From positions 64,604,001 through 64,668,000 of the forward strand of contig NC_043007.1 of NCBI RefSeq assembly GCF_006345805.1: DNA of 64,000 bases, in the 5' to 3' direction. The notes below the pieces were generated by a model that was not told the origin of the DNA, made no database searches, and was given only the letters and a program-made list of their open reading frames with translations. The position numbers and the translations under genes are program-made. This DNA is from Octopus sinensis (Eukaryota). Positions 14,082 through 25,895 of this stretch are shown one piece after another; the stretch's first letter is position 1, and every line of letters starts with the position of its first letter.

Positions 14082-15010
14082 GATTATCAATAATAATATT
14101 ATAAAGGAAAAGAAACATTCAGTTTAGAATAAGTGAAATTGTTCACTGCTTTCCAAAGAAGTTAATTTGAACTGATGGCCAAGGATTTATCACAAATGAA
14201 ATATAATTCATATCTGCACAAAACTTGGAAATAGTTCAAGACAAGTTTTAAGAATAACTTTTCACTTGTCATTTGATATCAAGAGTGTTAGAGGAGATTA
14301 TTCAATTGATGGGGAGGAGGCTATAAAATAGATAGCCAATAATAATAATAATTAATAAAACATTGTTATAACTTTTAGTTTCTCTTTTTAATTCTTTCTT
14401 TCTTAAAATGAAGTCTTTGAAATCTTCCTTAGACTCAAAATATAGTGGTGTACCTTTTCAATATATAGTTCATATCCTATAGTATAAATATAATGAATGT
14501 ATCTCCCATAACAAAGTGCCTTGTGTTAAGGAATAGCTTACAACTGTCTAAAAAGTTTATCACATTAAATAATAGAAAAATTCTTATTTAACAATAATTG
14601 TTATCATTATTATTATAATTTTATGAGCATTTTATTTATTTTAATTTTTTTTCCTTGGTAGCATAATTACAATTGCTTTTATAAATTCACATATTTAGAT
14701 ATCATTGAAATAATTATTTTTTATATCTAACCTCTTGCCTTTGAAGTTCATTAAAATTTAAAGTTGAAATTCTATTTCAATATCTGCAAAGGATTTTTCA
14801 GCTTGTTATGTAAATTAATCAAATCAGGTATTAGCGATAGATGTTTAAAAATATATTGTTTTTAAAAAAACAATAGCACTATCGATTATAGCTTTCCAGT
14901 GAGCTACTCATTGGTTTACTGTGTTTCTGACAATGAGACTAATATGGAAGAGCTTATAACTCAGTGGACTTCATTCAAACACACACACACACACACCACA
15001 CACACACACA

Positions 15011-15041
<31 letters not shown>

Positions 15042-16534
15042 CTACAAGGTTAAACATGGTTTCCAAATCCCACTCATAAGATATCGGTCAACCTGACACA
15101 ATGATAAAAGATACTTGCTAAACATGCAGTAAGGTGGGACTTAAACCAGAAACTCATGGTTACAAAGAAAACATCTTAATCACAAAGCCATACCAGATCT
15201 CTGTATTTCCAGTCACCACATAAAACACTTCAATGCACTATCTCACATTAGAAAACTTGCCTTTTTGAGTTATTTATCATTGAGAGTTTAATCTTTTAAT
15301 CATGGAACATTCAGTTTATTTATGTAAAAATTATAAATCAACTAAACTGAAGCAGAAAAATGAATTTCTCTATCATTTTCTTAAAAAACAAAACAAACAA
15401 TAATTTAAAATTCTTCTAGAATTTTTGAAATCTGATAGACATCCATAATTAGATTTAATATTACTTAAATAAGGTTTACTTGACTTTTTGACCTAAGATT
15501 TACCTAATTTTATAAAACCTATAAAATCTGTGAAATGTGGATCTTGTTTAACTGTATTATAATTTTAATGAAGTCTGATTGTTTAAGCATATTTAATGTT
15601 TATACAGGGCATCTATATGACTCTAAATGTTTCTCTCAATAAAGATCTTTTCTATCAGTTCAAAGCAGTGTTTTTTAAGTAATTCTTTTCAAATCCAAAC
15701 AAAATTTAGATACAGAAGTTAGTGTTTACAAAATTAATATCAGAAGTATCCAAAAGATAACTAGAAATAATTATGTGGTGATGACAACTAACAATACACA
15801 ATGATTAATATATTTTAATTATTGTGGCATATACAAGAGAAAATGCTGTTTGGTCTTATTATGAACTCATCAGCAAAGCATAAACTTCACTTGCTGCAGT
15901 AAAGATGGAAGAATCCCTAAAATGTACAAAATAGTACAATTATGGCTTAGGAGAATAGAACTGTCTTGAAACTAAATAACTCAGAGATGTCATCTGCATG
16001 AAAACAACACTTAGTATTAACATATTTAATGTAAGTAGCATTAAAAATAACCATCTGGAAATAATAGTGCATTGAGGAAAAAATATTAGTCAATATTGTT
16101 TTAAATTACTGAAGCAAATATGAGAGACCACTCATATATTTTGGTCACATGATATCCTCACCAGTGAAGCACAAACTTTACTGTACTTGCTGAAGAAGTG
16201 ATAGAAAATTCACAAAGTACAAGATTGTACACTGGTTGGTTTAGAAAAATAAGATTATTTAGAAAATGAATGTGGTGATGCTTTTACTCAGCATACATAA
16301 AAATAAACAATAAATAAAAAGCAAGCAAGTACTTGTTAAAAAAATAATTGTTTATTCTCTTACAAGATCTTTTATATGATATATACAAGAATTACTAGCT
16401 TAGCCTTGGTGGCAAACTAAAAATGATGTTCAGTATTGGAGTTGAACAGTAATTGACTGACCTTTCTGAGATTAAGATTATTAGATCAATATAAATTCTA
16501 CTATGGAAGTCAATCTTTATCATCTCTGCTATCC

Positions 16535-16634
16535 ACACAGACACAGGTACACACAGACACAGGTACACACAGACACAGGTACACACAGACACAGGTACAC
16601 ACAGACACAGGTACACACACAGACACAGGTACAC
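16535..16634. repeat. 16-bp minisatellite (ACACAGACACAGGTAC) x6 grading into (CA)n
   Basis: Units at 16535, 16551, 16567, 16583, 16599 and one with an extra ACAC ending at 16634. Confidence 0.95.
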
Positions 16635-16653
16635 ACACACATGCACACACACA

Positions 16654-16708
<55 letters not shown>

Positions 16709-16829
16709 GAGGAAGACATACTCTACACCACACTCAGAAACAATACAAAACACTGGATAATAAACTACTTGTGTATTTGTTAAGTGTAGGTAGTATACAA
16801 GAACAATACGTGTACAATTTAGCTATTTC

Positions 16830-17600
16830 TTGAAATGGAATGCCATAGGGATCTGTCCTCTGACTCACGCTTCCATAGAATATATACAAACTCATATGCA
16901 GATGGCATCACACTCACATGCACCTACAATTTTGCAGACACTTGTTTAATCACTAAAACTATATAAATCACCTAAAAGCTTAGTTCCAAAATAAACTTTT
17001 ACTAGAACATACCATAACCAATGTCACCCTTATAGCCAGTAACATCAGAGAACATCAAAATGTATCCAACCATCATAATCAACAACATAAACACACTACA
17101 CACACATAGAAAACAAAAATATTAGAAATGAGATATTATACTGCCACAATGTACACTATACACAAAGAAGACATAGTAAAGAAAGCTAAACAATGCACAA
17201 TCATACTTAATGCACTTATCAGTACCTCACTTGGCCAACAGAAAGAAACAACAATAGTATACAAATACAACAGATTCCATCATGAACTATGCCAGCCCTA
17301 CCTGAACCCTCACATAAACAGAAGAGCAAACAATGAACCATATGTTGTACACTAATCACCTACACAATAAAGTAAAAATATTAGAAATGAAAGATCATCT
17401 GGACACGCAAGGAGTAAAGTATATTACTATAGAACATTTCAACCCCAGAAGTCTCTGCTACTACATTAAAAATCAATACCAAACACTCAAACACACATAT
17501 ATAACTTGTCATAGCACTGCTACAACAGTACCACAAAACATTAACCCTTCCACTGAGCCCGGAAAATCATAAAATACATATAAACAAAGAAATAGCCACA
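16830..17600 (+). mobile_element. Highly decayed LINE reverse-transcriptase relic
   Basis: GMP*GSVL (GxPQGSxL motif) near 16836 and LNALISTSLGQQKET..VYK near 17200-17270, typical of the non-LTR RT thumb region. Confidence 0.6.
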
Positions 17601-18445
17601 CATCATTAACTTCACTAGCACTAAAAATGTACTGGGATGTACATCAACAATAAGTTGCACTCAAACAAGTCTACCAAGCATGCCACTGCAGTGGCCACTG
17701 CAAGTCAGTACTGGAGAGAGCACAAACTTCCCTGATAGTCGCACTGAATTTTATAAGTGAGAAGATGGAACTGTGGGTTGCACATTACTAGCCAACAAAC
17801 TAATTACATGCATATCTGCTTGATAAACACTGACCAGGAGCAACACAATAATAATGCTCCAATTCCTTACAGCAGATATTTTGCAATAGTAACTAGTTAA
17901 GATGGGGAGCAAAAACAGCTTTCAGTGAGGAGGCAGGCAATTTACATAAAACTGTTAAGAAAATGTGGAAACACAGAATTCTCAAGACAGATGTGCACAA
18001 CAATCATTGAATAATCTTTTACATTTTCTTTATCAACCTCATCAATCATGCTTTTTCAATCAGTAGAGAATGGTTTTCAACACAATTCAAAAAGAAAGAT
18101 GTAGACAGCTGAGGTATAATCTAAAAAGCATGTATAGGTTTGGCAAATTTTTATTCAAATCAAACTTTGATAAAAATTTTAGTTTACATCAAATAATCAA
18201 CACAAGAACAATAATTGTAAAATGAAAAGGCTGAACAGGACTAAGTAATGTTAAAATAAATACATGTTGGTATATATATATATATATACATAATATCATC
18301 TGAGTAATCACCCTATAAGGTGCATTTCGAAGCTCCTCTACAGTTATCAGTTACCATATGCCATCATTCTGCAGGAATACTCCTTTTACAGAATATATAT
18401 GTGGAGATCTATTAGTGTACTCAGAATTCATATATAAATTTATAA

Positions 18446-19330
18446 AACAAGAAGATGGAATGAACAAGCTTTAATCATAAATCACAACAATTGTTTCTAT
18501 GCATTATTAACATCTGTTAGTTGCTAAGTTATCCATATTATACATATTATTATATGAATATTATATAAATATGATCCAGCAGTAGCTGCGTACTCACATG
18601 TCATCAAATGAGTAGCTTTGAAGTGAATAAAGATATGTATGTGTATAAAGGTGTGGGTGAATAAATTTCTTCCTGTGTGATAGCATCTATTAATGACTGA
18701 TTAAGCAACTGTGATGGAAGCCAAGGATGGCTGAAATTAAGTTTCACAAAAAAACTGGCAGACAAGTTGGTATCCCACTGGAGTACTAAGGTGACCATGC
18801 ATCCTTTGTAGAAAAAAACTTATAGACAAAAAAGATAACAAATCTTTCTAGCTAATATTATGGCATTTTAGTGTGTTAATCTATCTTCATGAAAAGTGGG
18901 GCATATTTATACTAAAAAAAAAGACTGAATTTGAGGTTTTACTAATTTATATTTGATATATTTGCTTTTTATTTTTATTTCCATTGACTTGTATTGGTCT
19001 ATTTATTTTATAATATACATTTTCATATTTTTATTTCCATTAATATTTTTGGCATTCTTTATGACATATGTCTGTTTGAATATACACGTTGCTCTCTATC
19101 AAGGGAATGCTAAAAATATTATTTGGGTATAAAACAATGGGAAGCTGGATGAGATCTCGCAGTACTTCTGAAGCTACTCACCTGATGATGTGTTGAGTAC
19201 ACAGCTACTGCTGGATAATATTCATATAGTAATATGTATAATATGGAAAATTCAGCAACTAACAGATGTTATTAATGCATAGAAACAATTGTTGTGATTT
19301 GTGACTAAAGCTTGCTCATTTCATCTTGTT
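18446..19330. repeat. Inverted repeat (arms ~18446-18625 and ~19163-19330, ~540-bp spacer) with hammerhead motifs
   Basis: Arms share long reverse-complementary blocks, e.g. aatcacaacaattgtttctatgcatt / aatgcatagaaacaattgttgtgatt, and atccagcagtagctg / cagctactgctggat. Confidence 0.92.
19171..19312 (+). ncRNA. Putative type I hammerhead ribozyme motif with intact core (antisense to Nav1)
   Basis: Stem I UCAC(19178-81)/GUGA(19294-97); CUGAUGA 19182-88; stem II UGUGU/GCAUA with long loop; GAAAC 19282-86; palindromic AAUU; GUU triplet 19291-93; distal AAGCU/AGCUU pairing. Motif match only; activity untested. Confidence 0.6.
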
Positions 19331-19355
19331 ACACACACACACACACACACACACA

Positions 19356-19721
19356 CCAAAATTAGAGAATAGAGTAGATAAAATCCAAGCTACATGTTTC
19401 ATAGCTAGAACCTCAGAAGTAATAATTACCCAAACAAGGGGTAATCCACAAGCTACTCATCAGGCCAAAGATAACTTGGTCAAATGAAGGTTACATTGTC
19501 GTCAAGGGATTTCATGTTAACTTACTGGAGATTTGGTCAAAAATAAAATTGATAAAATCTCCTACAAATTAACATGGTATCCCTTCATTTGACCAAGGTA
19601 TATTTGGCTTGATGAGTAGGTAGTGGATTACCCCTTGTTTGAGTAATTACTACATCCAAGGTTCTGCAAGCTATGAATCATATGTGGCCTTGATTTTATC
19701 TATTCCATTCCCTAATTTTGG
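19356..19721. repeat. ~365-bp foldback element (arms ~19356-19490 and ~19582-19721; spacer also self-complementary)
   Basis: ccaaaattag...caaatgaagg versus ccttcatttg...ctaattttgg; inner gggatttcatgttaa/ttaacatggtatccc and ggagattt/aaatctcc pairs. Confidence 0.92.
19383..19472 (-). ncRNA. Putative minimal type I hammerhead ribozyme with intact core on the Nav1 sense strand
   Basis: Minus strand: AUCU-UU-GGC CUGAUGA GUAGCU [..AUUACCC/GGGUAAU hairpin..] AGCUAU GAAA CAUG UA GCU-U-GGAU. All core nucleotides are canonical; the helix III loop is the palindrome CAUG, as in Penelope-associated minimal hammerheads. Confidence 0.7.
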
Positions 19722-19916
19722 ATTTTTATTTGCATACACAGCAACCCCAGCTGCTGACAGTGAATTATAAAATAACTTTTTACAGCTTAAAAATTTACAA
19801 CTTTTTAAGTCAATAAACCACTGTTGTTCCTGAAAGTTGTTTTTTATACATCCTTTGGACTGCTCGAAGCTTATTAACTTCATACACCTTGATGTTTGGA
19901 TCTTACCTTTAGACAT

Positions 19917-19970
<54 letters not shown>

Positions 19971-20462
19971 TCATTATTTTAACATCCACTTTTCCATGCC
20001 TAGCATGCATCAGACAGCATTCATTGAGGCAAATTCTCTATGACTGAATGCTCCTCCTGACATCAATCTTCACTTGCTTCCAAGCAAGGTAATATTTCCA
20101 ATATTTCCCCATGACCATACATATTTCCATGGAAAATTGCAAACAAATGACATTGTTCGCATGATGGTGACATTTGTTTACAATTGTCAAGCAGAGGAGT
20201 CACAAACTTACATACATATATATACAATGGGTTTCTTTCCATATCTAGCCAGAAAATCCATTCACAAAACTTTGGGAGGCATGGGGCTATAGCAGAATAC
20301 ACTTGTGCAAGGTGGAATACAATGGGACTGGACCTGAAACCATGTAGTTGCAAACTTGCATGTGCAGTGAGAGTTAACAGTGACCTCTCACTGCACATGC
20401 AACTGTGTGCTGCCATCTGTTGATGCCCTACAGAACAAGTCCATGAACTTTTGACACCACCT

Positions 20463-20502
<40 letters not shown>

Positions 20503-20541
20503 CATATATATATATAATACATATATATATATTTATATATG

Positions 20542-20579
<38 letters not shown>

Positions 20580-20617
20580 ATACATATATATATATATAAT
20601 ACATATATATATATTTA

Positions 20618-20651
<34 letters not shown>

Positions 20652-20664
<13 letters not shown>

Positions 20665-20856
20665 TTAGAGACAAAACCACTATTTTGCAAATCAAACAAA
20701 GAAAGACTTAATCCAATACATAAAAATTTATTATAAATTAAATAAAATAAAATAAAATTAAATTTTATTTAATTTATAATAAATTTTATGTATTGGATTA
20801 AGTCTTTCTTGTTTGATTTGCAAAATAGTGGTTTTGTCTCTAATTAATATTATATA
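20652..20856. repeat. Near-perfect palindrome (~95-bp arms, ~13-nt loop) abutting (TA)n
   Basis: tatataatattaattagagacaaaaccactattttgcaaatcaaac... mirrored by ...gtttgatttgcaaaatagtggttttgtctctaattaatattatata; only two 1-nt homopolymer length differences seen. Confidence 0.95.
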
Positions 20857-20938
20857 ATATTTTACTATAAAATTGGATTCAATCCTAAATCTAATTTTTC
20901 CCTGTAAATTTGGATTTATTCCCTAATATTTATTATTA

Positions 20939-20985
<47 letters not shown>

Positions 20986-20993
20986 TTTATATA

Positions 20994-21041
<48 letters not shown>

Positions 21042-21289
21042 TACTTATGTGTGTATGCTACACCTCCGCACATGCACACTCTAGCAGTGTATAATAGTAA
21101 CCTCACTATCTAGGTTGTAAAAGTTCTTCCTCACGGTGATCTTGTGTCATTCTGGGAAGGGATTTGAAATATAAACAAGCAGCATAGCTATGATGTTATG
21201 TGGTTAGATAGGCAATGGGATGAGTAAGTGAGTACTGTGCAAATACCTCTCTAAAGACTAACAATATCAATAGCAGAACTTTCCTTACA

Positions 21290-22440
21290 GTTATTGCAAA
21301 ACTATCAAACAGAAAATTACAGAAAGCTTGAGATCTACAGAGCAGCACTTTTAAATGTCTTCCAAAACAACAATGAACCCTGAACTTATTGTATTGGACT
21401 GGCTGGCAGTTGCATGCACAACACTAGTAATGAAGAAAACAGGATAAGCATATAGCCAAAATCTACAGGTTCTTAGATTGTCAGAATGTGATGAAGTCTT
21501 AAACTTGAACATCAGGACTAGGAAGATACTAACAACAACTAATTATGTCCACTCCAACAGTGACTGACAGGATCTATGTTAAACAAGGGGATGGAGGAAG
21601 AGACATAAAATCAGTCCAAACAGCCTCTGAGTGCCATATCATGTCAGACAACACCCACAGAATAGCAGAGAGAGGAATGAGTATATCATATGTATACTCT
21701 AGACTGAAACTAATATCATGAGATTAGGAACATAACTCTTTAACAGGAACTCTAAGGGTATAGCTGTTCCATGGCTGAACTGACCTGCAAGAAATAGACA
21801 TTTGTACCAACAAAAAATTATGCATGGGTATCCCACACGTTAGAGAATACCAACAACATTGACAGGAGTCTCCTTAACCTACAATGAATACAACACATTT
21901 TCAAAGAAGGCTATGCCATTGGTATTCAAGAACAGGAGATAGTTGCTAAATAATTGATCAACAAGAGGTAAGGATACCTGTAGACCTGTATGTTATCACA
22001 GAAAACGTTGATAGTGCTAGTGTGGAAGATATCCATATCATCAGCAGTTGTCACCAAGTTACTACCTTCCCATTATCTCTAAAACTGTTTACCAAGAAGA
22101 ATTGTCTGAGAGCCATACAAAAGGAAAACAAGAACTGGAATGTAATCACATAAGGAACATTCTAATAAAAATAATAGCCCAGTGTAAGCAAAATAGACCA
22201 GATATTAGTCTATGAGTCAGGGAGCAAAGGTCAAGCCCTGTTGGAAAGCTCAGCTGCCTGGTAGACTGAAATGTCTAATGAAAAGTTACAAAAAAAGGAG
22301 AACATATATGTAGAACTAATGACAAACCTACAGATCTTATATCCAGGTCATAGATTTTTATTTGTAGTTGGTGAACTTAGCTACATAGCAACAAATTTGC
22401 ATAAAATCTAGAAAAGTTGAGTATTATAATTGAGGTTCCT
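21290..22440 (+). mobile_element. Second decayed R4/Dong-like non-LTR relic
   Basis: RTRKILTTTNYVHSNSD...RIYVKQGDGGR near 21515-21605 and RPDISL near 22195; parallels 3715-4860. Confidence 0.65.
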
Positions 22441-22794
22441 AAGATGAACACATACACAGAATGGTATACACAAATGGAATATACATATTTACAGACACAC
22501 ACAAGCAGTAACTGAGCATCAAGATACTTCAGTAATAAAGTGACATGCAAACCCAATACACAAGTGAAACTTTATACACACACACACACACACACTCACA
22601 CACATGCACACACATACACAGATGCCCACACATGCACACACACACACACAATTCAGAGAACCACAAATGTCAAGAAATGACTCAACTGAAAGAAAGGAGG
22701 CTTGCAGCATTGTTACTGGCAGGCTTGAATTTTGCAAAAGAAAACCTACAATAAATATTAAGAAAATACACAAACATACACACATATACAAATA

Positions 22795-22796
<2 letters not shown>

Positions 22797-22839
<43 letters not shown>

Positions 22840-22955
22840 CATGTATATATACACATATATATATATATATATATACATGTATGTATATATATATGTAATA
22901 TATATGTATGTATGTATATATATATATATACATACATACATATATATATACATAC

Positions 22956-22999
<44 letters not shown>

Positions 23000-23002
23000 A
23001 TA

Positions 23003-23052
<50 letters not shown>

Positions 23053-23058
23053 GTATAT
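22797..23058. repeat. Long compound (TA)n microsatellite (representative of dozens of TA, CA and TATG tracts)
   Basis: Directly visible; similar tracts at about 430-640, 1340-1450, 10230-10325, 12238-12323, 20465-20660, 26775-27170, 28620-28780 and 39670-39730. These generate most ORFs in the track. Confidence 0.97.
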
Positions 23059-25099
23059 AGGAAACTAGGGATTGGTCAATGAGGAAACTAGGGATTGGTC
23101 AATGAGGAAACTAGGGATAGATGAATGGCTGGTGAGGACTGTGCAAGCCATGTACAGAGATGCCGTAAGTAAGGTTAGGGTTGGCAACATGTACACAGAA
23201 GAATTCAAAGTAGAGGTTGGGGTCCACCAGGGTTCAGTACTCAGCCCCCTCCTATTTATCATAGTACTCCAGGCAATTACGGAGGAATTCAAGACAGGCT
23301 GTCCCTGGGAGCTCCTCTACGCTGACGACCTTGCTCTTATTGCTGAGTCACTATCAGAACTGGAGGAGAAGTTCCAGGTGTGGAAGGAGGGTTTAAAATC
23401 AAGGGGCCTTAGAGTCAACCTAGCTAAAACCAAAGTACTAATAAGTAGAAAGGTAGACAATCCACAAATATCTTCAGGAAGATGGCCCTGCTCGATCTGT
23501 AGAAAAGGTGTAGGTAGAAACTCTATAAGATGTACCCAGTGTAAGCTATGGACACATAAGAGGTGCAGCAATGTCAAAGGTAGGCTAACTGGGAAGATAG
23601 TTTTGTATGTGGCAGATGCTCGGGAGCATTAACCTCCGAAAATCTGCAGAAAACAACTTCCGTTCCTTTCAGGGGGAAAAACTAGAAGTAGTTGATAGCT
23701 TCCGTTATCTAGGTGACCAAGTCAGTAGTGGGGGTGGGTGTGCTGAAAGTGTAACTGCTAGAATAAGAATAGCCTGGGCAAAGTTTAGGGAGCTCTTACC
23801 TCTGCTGGTGACTAAAGGCCTCTCGCTCAGAGTAAAAGGCAGACTGTATGATGCGTGTGTACGAACAGCCATGCTACATGGCAGCGAAACATGGGCCTGA
23901 CTGCTGAGGACATGCGTAAGCTCGTGAGGAATGAAGCCAGTATGCTCCGATGGATGTGTAATGTCAGTGTACATACTCGCCAGAGCGTTTGCACCTTGAG
24001 AGAAATGTTGTACCTAAGAAGCATCAGTTGTGGTGTGCAAGAGAGACGATTGCGCTGGTATGGTCATGTGGCGAGAATGGATGAAGATAGGTGTGTGCGA
24101 AAGTGCCAATCCCTAGCAGTTGAGGGAACCCGTGGGAGAGGTAGACCCAGGAAAACCTGGGACGAGGTGGTGAAGCACGACCTTCGAACTTTAGGCCTCA
24201 CTGAGGAAATGACCAGAGACCGAGACCTTTGGAAGTATTCTGTGCGTGAGAAGACCAGGCAGGACAAGTGAGCCCAGCCCACTTATGAATGCCTTCCCTC
24301 CCTTGGACACAAAGACCGGCTGAGGCAAGCGAAGTCGATATAGAACCTCATCCGACGACAGACACCCATGCCAACCCCCCATGCTTGCGAAGACATGTTG
24401 GGGCAAGCGAAATCGAAATCGAAACCGAATTGAACCAGCCAGGATCCCTGGCCTGGTGGTACGTAAAAAGCACTATCCGACTCATGGCCGTGGCACGTAA
24501 AATACTCCAATGCGACCGTACGACAGGCACCCATGCCAACCTCCTTTGCTTGTGAAGACATGTTGGGGCAAGCGAAATCGAAATCGAATTGAACCAGCCA
24601 GGATCCCTGGTCTGGTGGTACGTAAAAGCACTATCCGACTCGTGGCCGTGGCACGTAAAATACTCCAATGCGACCGTACGACAGGCACCCTTGCCAACCC
24701 CCTTTGCTTGTGAAGACATGTTGGGGCAAGCGAAATCGAAATCGAATTGAACCAGCCAGGATCCTGGTCTGGTGGTACGTAAAAGCACTGGTACGTAAAA
24801 AGCACTATCCAACTCGTGGCCGATGCCAGCACCGCCCGTCTGGCTTCCGTGCCGGTGGCACATAAAATACACCAATCTGACCGTGGCCGTTGCCAGCCCC
24901 GCTGGCACCTGTGCAGGGGCACGTAAAAAGCACCCACTACACTCACGGAGTGGTTGGCGTTAGGAAGGGCATCCAGCTGTAGAAACATTGCCAAATTAGA
25001 CTGGAGCCTGGTGCAGCCTTCTGGCTTCCCAGAACCCGGTCGAACCGTCCAACCCATGCTAGCATGAGAACGGACGTTAAACGACGATGATGATGATGA

Positions 25100-25102
<3 letters not shown>
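23059..25102 (+). mobile_element. 5'-truncated RTE-clade LINE with frameshifted RT, long 3' UTR and (GAT)n tail, inserted in (TA)n
   Basis: GVHQGSVLSPLLF, LLYADDL, NLAKTKVL, FRYLGD, LRWYGHVARM..., RGRPRKTW motifs across ORFs 23072-23632, 23607-23900 and 23855-24271; stop at 24271; ends ...ggacgttaaacgacgatgatgatgatgatgat. Confidence 0.95.
24366..24830 (+). repeat. ~160-bp tandem repeat (about 3 copies) in the RTE 3' UTR
   Basis: gacatgttggggcaagcgaaatcgaaatcg recurs at 24392, 24557 and 24715 (periods 165 and 158). Confidence 0.95.
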
Positions 25103-25137
<35 letters not shown>

Positions 25138-25739
25138 TGCATATATACACGCATATATAGTAAAAACAATGGATATGGTAGAGTGAGTACACTGGAAACT
25201 TTATTTGTCATGACATTCATTTTGATATATCCCATATCACTCCTTCGTGGGTGGGAAACTATACAGTGAATTATGGTGCATCTCATGGTGGCATTCTGCC
25301 TCAATGTATTTTAGATACAACTACTATCAACATACTTTAGTTCAGATTAAGAGTGAAACATTACTTATGTAGTGAAAAGCTGTGTTATGTCATCAGAAGA
25401 GATGCTTCTACACCATAGAGTGCACCATAATTCATTGCATAGTTTCTCACCTCTGAAGGAGTGATGCAGGATGTATTGAAATGATAGTTGTGATAAAAAA
25501 AGCTTCCAGCATACTCTATCTTCCATATTCATTGATTCTACTATACATAACGTACACTGAGGAATTCCTAATGTAGATCCAGAGACGATTGTGCAATTAC
25601 CATAGATGACACACCAGGTAGCCATAAGCAGTGAATGTGCTTTGTCAGTATACTTCTATAGACATAACCAACGTGCAAAGTTTAAATTTAAACTTTAATT
25701 TCAATTTGCACACATGTATACACATACAGACACCACACA

Positions 25740-25797
<58 letters not shown>

Positions 25798-25895
25798 TAC
25801 ACAAGTATGTCAGGTATATACCCAATAGGTATGTGTGTCAGTGTACACATATATGTATACTTATATATAAATGCATACACATCCTTATATATACA

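Noticed and set aside
24283-25192. Long repetitive minus-strand ORFs (186 and 236 aa) and CRISPR-like periodicity
   Set aside because: Antisense reads of the RTE 3' UTR tandem array; whole units repeat with no unique spacers, and the context is eukaryotic.
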